64,000 nucleotides of DNA from Takakia lepidozioides (Eukaryota > Plantae > Bryophyta). The notes under the pieces were generated by a model. It had not been told where the DNA came from and made no database searches. It saw only the letters and a program-made list of their open reading frames with translations. The stretch spans positions 50,468,001 to 50,532,000 of the forward strand of contig CM060731.1 in the NCBI GenBank assembly GCA_030704615.1, given 5' to 3'. Each line of letters begins with the position of its first letter. The stretch's first letter is position 1. The position numbers and the translations under genes were made by a program. Shown here in pieces: positions 37,890-50,880 of this stretch.

Positions 37890-40800
37890 CTTGGGAGAGT
37901 ATATATACGAGCAAGCACCTCATGTTCGGGTGGGGGGAATTGGGGAACGAAGCCCGCCTAACATTTTCGGTGGGCCTTGTCGCGCACGAGGCCTCCACGA
38001 TAAACTCAATATGGAAACCCTATCCCCCACCCCCCTTGCGAGGTTGGAAGCCAAATGCACGCTTCTAGTCGCTTGTGATCAGTGAGTACTACCCACGGAG
38101 ACCGATGTTGGGCTTTGAATACATCGCAAAGGATTCGTCATAGAACTTTGCTGCTGTTCAGTCATTCCCCCACCCAAGTTGTGTTCGTCTTGCCCCGCAA
38201 AATGTGCGTTACCCGTATAGAAGCCAACGGAAAGTGGCCCACTAAGTTATTGTGGACTATGTTTGAGATGGACTGACGCTACACATGGTCTGAGCAGAGT
38301 TCAAGCGACAGCAAGCACTTGAGGTGATGTCCATTCAGGCCCGGCACATGGTCTATGACGACAAGGATATTGCCTGCAGATTTTACAGTGCATCATCTCT
38401 CTGTGCTTCATGGCACTTTGGTTACTTGTTTCTCTATCTCATGCCTGCTAAATCCAGGAAACATTGTAGTCCAGTTTACACCTGCATACGAAGGAACTGT
38501 GAAAGTGTGTTGAACTTATCAATTGTAAGATGACTCACTTTGATGTGGGGACAGATTCCTATGATTTTATTTGGGAAAAGCTTGTTGTACGCCGAGTTTC
38601 TACCTCGAAAAAAGCTGCAAGACAGAATGCCACTCTCACTGATTACCCTGCCTCCAAATGAATCCAAGATTGCCTTATCCATGTCGTGTACAGATGCTAA
38701 TTTCGAGGATGTGGAGGTGTTGGATGCTGTGACCCACGTGCGCTACTGCAGCGTCTTCCCGTCTTCTCAGCCCGCAAGGCCTTGTTCTCTCGCTTCGGTC
38801 ATGCGAGAGGCCTCGCGTCATGCAGTGGAATACATGGCTGGGCTGTGGAGTTGAAAGCATCAGCCCGCTTGGCACTGCGCAGAGGACGTAGTCCCTTGCA
38901 TATGGTGGCTATGGCGCCTTCAGGGATGCCATTCCAATTAGGTAATAACACGAAACGCTTCGTGGTGCTCTTATTTGGGGTCGTTGTATTGTATGTATGC
39001 GCGTCGGATCAGGCTCGGAATTGGCTTTCGCGCAATTCAGCAAAAATGAATGTACTCTGAGCATAAAATCAAGAGAGCGCACGGGATGGTCAGGCAAGGC
39101 CGCCCATAATCGGTTTGGCGTGTAGATCAACGCTGGAGCATGGAACAACGCGGGCATGAGTTTTTGAAATATACTTCACAGTGGTGGGACGGTAGCCTTG
39201 ACAAGGTGAGTTTTCTTCATGTAGGATGAGACAGGGAGTTTGACTGAGCTCTGGTATTATCGTGTTGTATGGAGTGAAGTCAAAATCTCGCTTTGCTCTG
39301 CAAAATGGCTTTCACTGTGCAACTGTGGCTGTTCAGTTGCTCCCTCCTCGTTTCCACAGACCACTCCAAAATTTCCATATTACAGACATAAGTTGGTGTA
39401 GCATATGTGTAAGTTTGGACATGTAGGAATGTTCCTCAATTTGTAGGGTCTAGTGAAGCCCAAAGTGGCTTGCATGAATGTTGTTAAAAGCTCAGTAGCC
39501 CTCCTCCATAACGGAACTTGTCAAATTGTTGATGTTGTGAAAGGCAGAGATGATGTGTTGATGTGTTGGCGCCTTAGGCGCCTTTGGGTTGGAGGTCAAC
39601 CAAGGAGGTTGCCTAGAATCGCCATGGAGAGGCGCATCTAACATGGGTGGCACGGCCTTCCCCCGTGAGGGGAGTTGACTCCTGGAGCAAAGTATGGATC
39701 GCTGGTACACTGCGTGACAACACCAGGCGCCATAGTTAGGCCCGCGCAGGTACGACATGAGCTGCAGAGGTGACGGAGTGTGCCACCCGTTGGACCTTCG
39801 CAGGCGGCGAGCCAGCCACGCCGCGCCACGTAGCGTTGACTACGGGGTATCGGTTTTAACCGCTGGATATTACGATGGATCCCGCCAGGGACTATTGGTC
39901 CCTGGGACGAGTATTTTAAGGGGGGTTTTTTCCCTATTCCTTTGATTTCTTGTGCACTATTCATGGTGTTCTTCTTGCATGGGAATGAGGGCGTGTTTTA
40001 GCAAATGATAAGAAATGGTTGGAACCATTGGATAGGCCCTAGTGGGGCCATCAGTTTGATATGTATTCCGGGGCTTGTGAAAGCACGGCACGTCCTTCGC
40101 AAGGCAAGATGAACGTCCAAGAGGATGCTTGACGGACACCACGTTTTGCAAGAGGACCTGAAAATATTCTTTCGTGACCATCTCGACAGATGGCAAGCTC
40201 ACACATTGCCAAGCCTTAGGTGTGCATGTCTGGGGTTTCAGTATCGGCGATTCATGAGCCACTTGCGCTGACAGACAAGCTGACTGTTGACACAAGACCT
40301 ATGTACTCGCACGTTTTTTGTTCTCTACTGTTCTGTCTTTTCTATGGCATTCTTTCCCCTTGTGCTGCATCTCCGAATATCTGTGAAACGAAAATCATCT
40401 TGTGCAGCCAAAAACAACTCCCTTCAATGAAAGCAGACGTCAACTCAAAAATAATCAGGGAGACCTCATCTTCTGTAGTTTTACAGTTATCTTTTTGTCT
40501 ATCTGGTTCCGTTTGAGTTCCCTATAGTATTCAGAAATGATAGAGGGACGCTTTTTTAGTACACTGACATCCTAGTGTTCTTTGGTTTCTAAGTTAGTTG
40601 TGTGCACTTGAGATACTTGATTAGACCTGTAACTTGACCACATAGTCATACGAGGAGGGCAAATGTGTTCAAGTGTGTCTGTCTGGTTCAATGCAAATTG
40701 GAAAAGTTCGTCTGAATGCCGCGTTAGACTTCTGAATTCAACTGCACGAGTGATAATCTTCGCAGCAAGGATAGCGGCAGGGGGGCTGATTCACCGTTCC

Positions 40801-40945
40801 GTCTGTTCCAGTTTTGAGTTTGTTGCGCGACAAGGCCCATCGTATATGTCAGAGCGGCTCCGTTCCCCCAGAATCCCGCACGAGACGAAGCGTGCTCGTA
40901 ACTCTTAGGCGCCGGACACAGGCAATCGATAGGCCATAATATAGG
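37890..40945 (+). mobile_element. Dispersed repeat family copy A; putative non-autonomous gene-fragment-carrying element bounded by inverted modules
   Basis: 37890-39540 is colinear with copy B. Inverted copies of the module lie at 37890-38040 and 40815-40945. No TSD or transposase seen, so boundaries are tentative. Confidence 0.6.
38540..38720 (+). pseudogene. Fragment of ubiquitin-activating enzyme E1 (UBA1-like) C-terminal ubiquitin-fold domain
   Basis: MILFGKSLLYAEFLPRKKLQDRMPLSL...LPPNESKIALSMSCTDANFEDVEV resembles the recalled UBA1 C-terminus (SLLYASFFPPKKLKERL...C.D..GEDVEVP). A second partial copy lies at ~41744-41857. Confidence 0.75.
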
Positions 40946-41054
40946 TTATTGCAGAGTGTGTATATGGTTTTATTGGCGAATAGGCTGCTGAGGCACTCGA
41001 GCCCAACAGCAGAAGTAATCAAATCTCATTGAGAAGTAACTTAGGCTGTATCAA

Positions 41055-42331
41055 GCACTCCACAAAATAAACATTATCCCATATCGATTGCCTGTTTCGG
41101 GCGCTTGGGAGAGTATATATACGAGCAAGCACCTCCCACATGGATTTGTGATATCGGGACCAAAGCCCTCCCTTTTATCTGCGGTAGGTTTTGTCGCGCA
41201 CGCAGCCCTCAAGATGGAAACTCTACCCCCCCCACCCTGCGAGGCAGGAAGCCAATTGCACGCTTCTAGTCGCTTGTGATGATTGAGTACTACCCATGGA
41301 GGCCGAAGTTGGGCTTTGAATACATCGCAGAGAATTCGTAGAACTTGGTTGTGTTCGTCTTGCCCCGCAGTATGTGGGTACTCGTGTGGAAGCCAACGGA
41401 AAGTGGCCCACTAAGTTATTGTGGACTATGTTTGAGATGGACTGACGCTGCACATGTTCTGAGCAGAGTTCAAGCGACAGCAAGCACTTGAGGTGATGTC
41501 CAGGCCTGGCACATGGTCTATGACGACAAGGATATTGCCTGCAGATTTTACAGTGCATCATCTCTCTGTGCTCCATGGCACTTTGGTTACTTGTTTCTCT
41601 ATCTCACGCCTGCGAACGCTAAATCCAGGAAATATTGTAGTCCAATTTACACCTGCATAGGAAGGAACTGTGGAAATGTGTTGAACTTATCAGTTGTTTG
41701 TAAGATGACTCATGAAAGATCCTTTGATGTGGGGACGGATTCCTATGATTTCATTTGGGAAGAGCTTGTTGTATGCCGAGTTTCTACCTCGGAAAAAGCT
41801 GCAAGACAAAATGCCGCTCTCAGTGATTACCCTGCCTCCAAATGAATCCAAGATTGCATCCATTCCAATTAGGTAATAATACGAAACGCTTCGCGGTGCT
41901 CTTATTTGGGGTCGCTGTATTGTATGTATGCACGTCGGATCAGGCTCGGAATTGGCTTTCGCGCAATTCAGCAGAAACGAATGTACTCTGAGCAAAGGAT
42001 CAAAAAGCGCACGGGATGGTCAGGCAAGGCCCATAATCGGTATATCTGGCGTAGAGATCAATGCTGGAGCAGGAACAGCGCGGGCAGGAGTTTTTGAAAT
42101 ATACTTCACAATGGTGGGACGGTAGCCTTGACAAGGTGAGCTTTCTTCATGTAGGATGAGAAAGGGGAGTTTGGCTGAGCTCTGGTATTATCGTATTGTG
42201 TGGAGTAAAGTCAGAATCTGAATCTCGATTTGCCCTGCAAAACCACTTTCACTGTGCGACTGTAGTGAATGCTATTGAAAGCTCACTAGCCCTCCTCCAT
42301 AAGGGAACTTGTCAAAATGTTGATGTTGTGG
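41055..42331 (+). repeat. Dispersed repeat family copy B
   Basis: Colinear with copy A from the module through 39540, lacking ~38676-38929 and ~39330-39475. Confidence 0.92.
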
Positions 42332-42980
42332 GATTTTGGGGCACAAAGGTCTACTGTGGAGCCTGGTGCAGAGCTGGCACGAGTTTTTAAAAGATGCTTC
42401 CCAGTGCTGGGACGAATGCAATAGCAGGATGTGACTTTCTTAATGTACGATGTGAAGACGTTTGTCCATCCTACAAATGTGGACTCTTCCTGTCTGTCTG
42501 TCTGCAAGCATAGCACAGATGGCCACCTATTAGCACTTCCAACATCACACACAATTCATCTAATGGTGATCAATTCGTCTGTTAGAAGTTGTAATTTCCA
42601 GATAATTTAGCAGGCGGGTCTATGTTGGGCGAAGAGGAACTCAGATCTTTGATGAGTGTATCAACTTCTCCTTTGCTGTGTGGATCCCAGCTCTTCATAC
42701 CTCAGGTACTGTATCTCAGCGCCACAACATACATATCCAAGGAAGACCAGCTCTGTGAAACTCTGAAATGGTCAATCTATTGATCAGCCTACAAAGCTGT
42801 CATAGTGCTAGCACATGTCCACCTGAATGCGGTGAGTAAACATAAGTTTTTAGGGGATATCCTCCCAGGAATCTCTGTACTTGTTGCAACTGCCCATTCC
42901 TCTCCATTCATGCCATGGTTCTCCCTATAATCGATATTAGAAGAAAAGGTACAAACTCCAGCATTGCAAAGGGAGTAAAT

Positions 42981-45900
42981 CTACTCAAGGTGCTCCTCTT
43001 GTGGTTTGGGAGACATGAACATGGCCGTATATAAACGCAACCTGTCCTTCTTTAGTCTTGCCACTTTGGATTCCCGGGTGGCCCCATTAAGGTCAGGCAC
43101 AGAGAGCACTGCACAAGTGGTTGGTCCCAAGTAATTGAAATTTCCTGCTCGCCTTGCTTTGTATCGGCGCCACGCCAACTGGAGGGTGACAGCTGCCCAC
43201 ATACGCCAGCTTGATGAATAGAATCGAACTGTTCGTCTGAGCTTCTCATCTTCAAATTTACGCCTGAAATGTTGTGTCACATATTTTAGATCTTGGGACT
43301 CCAGGGCAAAGACCTCAGTGGCATCCAGGCTTCTGAGAGTTGCTGTGGAAGATGGAAGACAATCAACATGCGGCTTTTGCAGGGCCCATGAGAGAAGCTC
43401 ATCGCCACAGAAGTGTCCCGGCCCCAGGATGCACACACTTGTCTGATTGTTGTTCATTCGATATGAGCTCTCAAAATGACCACGGGCAATGAAAAACATG
43501 CGCGAGACTGGATCGCCCTCTTTGAACACCTGCACCTCGAAACATACGTCACCAATCACATTTTGCATTTCTTTTTAATTAGAAGATTTTGAACTGTCTA
43601 GCCGTGCGGCCTTGTGAGAGGGGTGCTGCAGCCTGGATGGAACAAATTTTGAGATTCTGGATGTACAAGCCTCCATAAACACCCTGATCATTTGACTCCA
43701 GGAATCCTAGATAAAATAGTTCTGTGCTTGTTACCTGAAACACCAGACCATCCATCCCATTCCATTTGTCCTCCCCCCAAAAAGCATTCCTAAGTCTCTC
43801 TCTCTCTCACTCTCTTTGAAAATGAAGTTAGGCAGAGAACTTCCCTGAACTTGTTTCCAGTCAGTGACATGGGGGTGGACATCTTGGATGACCTCAAGGG
43901 TCTACCCACTCTCGGCACTAGACTGAAATTTAAACTCAGGGCAGGAAGCCTACCTTTGAACAGCAAACAGAAGCAGAGAGGAAAGGGAGTGCAATTGTCC
44001 GTTGTGTGGGCAATCTGAAGACAGTATTCATTTTCTGATACACTGTCCGGGGTTCTCTCACCAAAGAGACGCTCTCTTCAATTCTATCAAGGGAATTGTG
44101 CCTGTACCCCTGTTTACCAACTTTGAAAGTCTCGAGGCTGAGCCAAAAGCCCAGGCCCTCCTGAGGCCTAGTTTTTGGGCAAATCACACACAGCAGATTG
44201 ATGCTTGTGTGACGGGTTTTCTAGAGGATATCTGGAAAACCCAGATTAATTCCTTATATGAAGGTAAGTCTTACTACCAACGTCAGCCCCTGACGGAGGT
44301 AGGTTCTGTTCCTTTTGTTCCCGCTCAAACCCGGGCGCGGGGTCAATGGCCACAAGGCTACGGCAAACAACGTCTTATGAGTACAATCTCTTTGATGGAG
44401 AATTAGAAAAAGCTTTAAGTTTCCTCCTTTCAAACATACCGTCTCACCCTTGATAAAGATTTGGGGTACAAGGCGCTCACACACATTGTCAAGCACCACG
44501 TCGTCCATCTGTTGGAACAATGGTACCTGCAGAAGGTAGAACTTATACACCAAAATTCAGAGGTTACAGCCCACTTTTCTCATCACATCATGCATCAACA
44601 CAAGTACTATCATTCTCAATGGACATGGTCTGTATCGTAATCAAAGACCATAAGAGATGAAGTAATTTACAATGACTTGCAATTTGAGAATTACCTGGCA
44701 AACAAGATCAAGGCAGAGATGGCGCTTGATGTCACGACGAAGCCCTTCAGGCATTTCGCACACCATGGAGGTTTCATCAACCCCCCGCAGGGCTGCCCAG
44801 CGTTGCCGCTCATGACGTCGCACCCTCTGTCGAAGGAGCACTGGCAGCTGTCGTCGTTTCATCCACCATTCTAGGTCCCGGATGCGAAGTTGCATCGCCT
44901 CTTTCTTTGAAATGATGGAGTGCAGAAACACCTGGGGACGCAGATGTTCGTCCATAGTAGTTTAAAGGCACTTGGCCCAAATTTGGTCACCTGATGAGTA
45001 TTGATATTTGGTCCCTTAGAAAATCTAAAAGTTGACTGTTTGATTGTTTGGTATGACAGAAGAAAGCAAGAAAGAAAGAAAGAAAGAAAGAAAGAGAAGG
45101 AGGGAGAGAGACAAAGAAAGATCTGTGTGGGAGTCTGGGGCGGGTGAAGAGGGGTATGTTTGGGGCATGCCTGGATGTTGCCAATTAGCAGCATGAACAG
45201 AAGTAAGCCACATGTGACAACTATGATACTGAAGGCAACCTCCACCTTATGGTTACTCGGCTGCAATGCATTCCCAAATGAGCTGGCACACAGTATGTTG
45301 TTGTAAGCACATTTATCTTTGCCTCTTCTCTCAAAGTCTGCCTACCTCCTAATGTACAAATTTTCTTTGTCAGGAAATTTGTTGTATTTCTTTAAGCAAA
45401 AATGCCCTCACACTCTAGAGAGTGAACCTACAGGCTCCACAATAACAGTTCACGCTTAATTATTTTAAATTACGAAGTGATTACAGGCATCTGTCTTTGG
45501 TCTCTCAAGAATCTAAATACTAAAAAAGAAATAGAATTGTAAAAGGGCTGGAGTTACAATTCTAACACACCTGGTGAATGGACATACGCATTAATTCCAT
45601 GGCAAGTTATCTGATGCGTACCTTAATGTCATCAAGCCCCAGAAGAGCGGGTACAAAATTCTCTCCAGCCAGCTATGCTCCTCAACCAATGGCACTGCCC
45701 ATACATAAATGCCATAGTGAAAATCACCGCCATTAACAAGGCAATTTTGATGAATGTATGGAGTCTGACCCCATAAATTTCTTCTAAGGTCATTCATTGG
45801 CTGTGGGCCAAGGGAAATGGGCCTTGGGCAGCCCAGAAATCCAATGCGACAAAGGTCGGTCTTCCGACAATGTGTGTGCAAACATACTTGCACTTGCTGC

Positions 45901-47733
45901 ATTGCTAGGAGATACCAGCACGCCCCTGCCACCTGCTATGGCAGAGCTATATTTCAGTCATCGCACACTGCTGTAGGCATCCGAAATCTGATCTTGCAAA
46001 ATTAATAACACCTTTTGATACATGTTGCCTTCCAAAAGAGAGTACATCTATCCCAAGGACTTGTCTTAGAGATAGGTGTGGAAAGATTAAAGATCATGTT
46101 AGGCAAGACCCCCCAAATTCTGTGGTGGGTCATTCAGATATCACATGGCATTACAACATATGCCCAAATGGTTCAGCTTCAAAGAGATAAAGACCAGTAC
46201 CAACACACCCTACCACTCCAGAGGTATGGTATTCAGCTCAAACCAAGCTGGAAGGTTTCACACTGGTACTTGATTAAACATAGCTGTGTGTTTATGCATC
46301 AAGGAAAAACACATGCATGAGTATGAAAGTACGTCTCTCTACCAACATATGTACCCATACACAAAATGCAACAAATCAAAGAACAAGGGGACGTACATGA
46401 GCAGCGATAAAATAGGCAGTCAAGTTGAGAACAAAACCCCACCAAGCAGTGCCAAAGATATAGCCTGTAACATGTTGCATACGGCGGATCAGAGACACTG
46501 TGTGGATCACCTTGGGTATGTACTGGAAAACGTAGGTAATCAACACAATCGTCATTATTTCGGGTGTCTCCTGTCCATTATGGATCATTCTGGGCACCAC
46601 CACCCATAACACCAGCTGCACTCCCCCAATCATATCACATTAAGCAAATTACCCATGCAATTAACGTGCCTACATCATTGAAGAGGTCACCATGGAAAAT
46701 CTACATGCGCATACAGAGAGGGTCTTTGAGAGGGTACGGGCCAAGACAAGATATCATAATTTCTCCAAATAGAGATTCCCAATGTTGTACTCTCCTCACA
46801 GCTACAGAGGAAAAGACGGAAACATACACGTATTCATCAGCAGAAGGACAGGAGATTTTACCTGAGGAACAGGAAGGATAACAAAAAAGTCAAATGGAAA
46901 TGCACCCCTCCAATTCAAGTAATTCAAAGCAACCTTGCGAGCATCCCAGACAAGCTCCCCGCGCCCAAGCACTAGTGATTCTTTGGACAAGTAAGCAAGC
47001 CGGAGCTGTAAATACATGTGCCATAAGTACATCACATCGCCAAGAGTCCTCAAAAGTGTCACAGCTATGGCAAATCCCTGCTCCACGTAAAGGCATGAAA
47101 GGGCGTTGTTTACGCCAAGGAGGTAGAGGAATAGAGGGTCGATTGCAGAGCTCGCTGCACATGAGATAAGAAAGGCACGGTTCCACTTCTGGATTGCACG
47201 GCTTCGGGGATCCAGCACTTTCCCAAAAATCCAGGTGGAATTTGCATCAGAGGGGCCTGGCCTGAAGCTGCCTCTGTGAAAGTGGAAGTGTTGGCCTGCC
47301 AAAGATGCGACCAGGAAACATGACTATCCTCAAGCCCTCAACTGTGCACTGTGTAGTATATCAAATAAGGAACAAATGAACAGTTCTGCAGTACATCAAA
47401 GAGACAAATGCATTTCAACCAAAATGCTCAGGAAATGATTCCATAAACCTCCTAATTGCAAACATGATGAACATCTCTCCAGTTATGTAAAGTCGAAGTT
47501 CCACTCTCATGTCAGACCCTGTTATTACCATCCAGCTTGTAAGCAAATTTGCGTTCACAGGTCTCAGAGTGAGGGCCGAAAGGATCGCCTTCCGTGCAAA
47601 CTGGACAAGTGGGGACTTCATCGACGGAGGTGCCGTGACATGAGCAAGTGCTGCCGACAGACCCGAACTCGTCGACAAGCTCTGCTTGTGTATTTGTTCT
47701 GCACAAGGCAGTAATATGTAAGCCTTCTCTCAT
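42981..47733 (-). CDS. Cyclic nucleotide-gated channel, group IVb (CNGC2/CNGC4-like), about 717 aa
   Basis: Exons 47733-47529, 47295-46862, 46615-46397, 45932-45622, 45282-45171, 44931-44695, 44526-44440 and 43529-42981 sum to 2154 nt in frame. Motifs: VLDPRS, IFGTAWWGF, pore LMTLSSFGNAL, WWMKRRQLP, CNBD GHFCGDELLSW, IQ-like LQLAWRRY. Confidence 0.93.
43820..44386 (+). mobile_element. Non-LTR retrotransposon, 5'-truncated copy 3, antisense in the last CNGC intron
   Basis: Matches 14390-14958. TSD tctctttga at 43811-43819 and 44387-44395. Preceded by a (CT)n tract. Confidence 0.95.
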
Positions 47734-50682
47734 ACGCACGTCAAACTTTCCATTCCTTTCCTCTCCTAGATCTTAGATGTACACGATTGGTGATGAAGCT
47801 GATTAGGCTACTTGCCATGCGATTTTCAAAGCCATGTTCGAACAAGCATCCGAGTGAAGGCTAAACAGATTTAGAGAAGCTTTTCCGCTCCTTTCATGCA
47901 GATTTTACGTCGTCTGGCACATTTGGGACTCAGTACAGATGGCTTTTGATCTACTTGGATTTTACGGTTTGAAGATGTGAAGAAGGTAACGGGATATGGA
48001 TGGACCTGGTAAGAGGGCTGTGTATGATAGTCTGGCGTGGTGGGGTGGACATTGTCCTGGCCACTCCAACTCTGCCCGGAGAAGCCCTCGCACTGTCCAC
48101 CATGAGGGGATCCGTGTAGTGTTCGATCTCAATCTCAGAGGAGCCGCATCAATTCTGCCCTCACTTGTTTCGTACGTCTCCCATAGACTGAAAAAGCGAA
48201 GCAGCTATGCATATGTTTATCGAGAGTTTTGTAGTCGTGCTATGCCAGCCTTACAGCATACATTTGACTAAGCATTTCTGTCATGCCTGCGGTGAAATTC
48301 TAATCTTTGAAAAGCCCCCTGGGATACAAATGCAACACCAGTCAAACCCTAATCTGCCCCCTCTTCCACTGCAAGCCTGACAATAGGACCGGCTCAGACT
48401 GTTGCAACCACTATTGGGTATTCGTGCCATTCACCAATCTTCTCTTGCTGTCCTTGTGGAACGCAGTTGCATCCGTTCCAGAATGTACCGTGAAGGATAT
48501 GCTCCTGAAACCTGGACTTCAAGCGTTCATTGACGACCCTAGGGAGCTCTTGGGAATGAGGTCGAAACCAAGATTCAGCTTGAGTAATAAACATAAAGGG
48601 ATGCAAGGAAAAGGGAAGCTCAACCTGTCCAACTGCGAAGGTCAGTTAGTCTGCAATCTTCACCAAGTGTAACAGAGGAAAGATATCTGTTCCAAGACAC
48701 TGACATCATTTGTCGACCAATTCTTGTGTCTTCGGAATTAGAGAAACCCCACTCTCTCTGCAAATCCTTGAAACAACTCGGATAATTTCTGTGTCAATCC
48801 AGAAAGATTTGAAACTGAAGCCTCACGATCTGGGAAGAAGTGATGCTCTTTATCTCACTCTCTTTTTCTCCCTCACAGTGATAAGCACCCTGTCAAGTTT
48901 TCTGTCCTAATTCCTCTATCAGAAACAAGCACAAGCTGCCCAGTAGTTTGGCACTCAGTTCCGGATCGTATTCTTCTACAACAATAAGCATGTGCTGTCC
49001 CAGTTAACTCCTTTTGTGTCAAATCATAACTGCTTAGTCACTCTCACTCCACCTGTTGAATGAATACGAAAGAAACCCATTGTTCTTGACACCAGACCAA
49101 AACTATATCCGTAGATGAAAGTCGTCGTGCGTGATTCGTCTTCTTCGTATCGTGTTTTCCAAGCGATTTCATAGAGAACCTCGCAGGATTTGAGCTGTCG
49201 TATGCGATACCCAGTGGAAGGAAGAAAACGCTCATTGTCTCTTCATGTCTGTCCATCAGAAGAGGAACCGATTCTTGTTTGACCACTCGCTGGTCAAGAT
49301 GTAGCAGCTGACGTATTCGGCAAAGAAAGACCCGGTTCGGTATGATCTTGAAGGGTTCCTTTGAAGATAGGAAATAGAAGGGGCTACAGACTTATGGCCA
49401 CACCCGTCCGTGAACACACAACTCTCACACATTTGTTTGCACAAACAGCCTATAGCCCCCACCAGCCATAGTTTGAGCACTCAGTGGTATTTCTGCAGGG
49501 TGTTTCGGAGTCTCAAGTGACATCCAGTTGTCTGTAGGGAATCTGAAAGGGGCAAGGGTGTGAGCCCAGTCCAGTGCATGGCTAGAAGCAATTATCACAT
49601 GAGAGGAGAGATGCCTTGTATGCATTGCATGGCATACAGCTCACAGGCGGCAATTGGTGCTATTGTTGTCCCAAATCTAGGTGATGTTCATTTGGCAATA
49701 TGCAGGGCAGACTCCCTAGGTCAGTTGCTTATATTCTTTTACAGATTTGCCTTCTGATCCTCCATTTTTTGGTTGTGGTATTTTAGATCTCTAGCAAACA
49801 CGATTAATATTTGAACAAATTCACTATAACCTTGTCTTATGTGGGGACCTCCTCCAGGAAGGGACAAAGCTGGCAGCCAAAGCAATCCTCCACAAAGGAA
49901 CAACAACTGCGCTGCAATGAAGCAGAAAATTAGAGTAGCTTGCGGTTCGACTATGTAGAACCATTCACCTTGAAGAAATCAAATTGGCTGAGCTGATACC
50001 CACATGATCCCTCCAGAAGGATCCTTCCAGTACACAAATGGAGGGGAAGGGGAAGGGAGGTTGTGCAAATACCTTTGCTCAATCTCATATGTATTCGCAC
50101 CCTATGAATCTTATCAGTTCAGAAATGGGTATTTGCCCCTAGGCATGCTGTTATGGCTCAAAGCATGGTCAGTTAGCAGTATATCTATCTCCATCGCCAA
50201 AGGGCTTTTGCAACAAAATTCTAAACAATCTCCTGCTCACTCCCTTTTCCATGACCAATGCTCCTACTAGCATTGAGCTTTTCAGAAACTGGAATGAAAC
50301 ACAGCTATTAAACTGACAGTGTGCCAGCACTATCACAGACCAACCTACAGAGTCACCCTTGAGTGATTTTGTAAGCTTCATATGTGAAGAAACGTTGCAA
50401 ATATTCCAGATTGTGAGTGGTTTGCAGTTCATAAGTGGGGAGCGTAAGGATGACCTCACCCCAGAATAAAGGACTCTTTTAGACGGTCATTGAGAAAATA
50501 GAAACATGCGGCCAGTGACACCGCTACCTGCAAGCAGTGACCCCAGCTCAAGGTTAGCACATATGATTACAGTATGTGAAACTACCATTACAAACATACA
50601 CAGACAAGAAGGGTAAGAGATGTAATTTATACTTGCCATAGCCTTTTGGTCATAGCCTGTCCCGGAAGGAAGCCCCCCCCCC

Positions 50683-50778
50683 CAGCATAATTCATGACGC
50701 TCCAGACACCAAGAAGGGCAAAGAGGACAGCCCTCAGGATAATGACTTGAGAAGTGGGGACTTCAACCATGTTAGCCA
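50683..50778. repeat. 96-bp direct repeat, copy 1 (downstream of the PPR stop)
   Basis: ttcatgacgctccagacaccaagaag...gacttgagaagtggggacttcaaccatgttagcca; ungapped match to 53953-54048. Confidence 0.93.
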
Positions 50779-50880
50779 TTTTTCGAACCCATGCTGGCGA
50801 TCCGAGACCAAACACTGCAATTGTGTGTAAAGGACTCATTCTGGTGAAGATAAAGTACAGTGCTGAGCCAGGTGCTTGTT

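Noticed and set aside
19498-47733. NLR plus CNGC2/4-like gene as a functional immune cluster
   Set aside because: They are about 18 kb apart and separated by TE debris; proximity alone is no evidence of a functional link.
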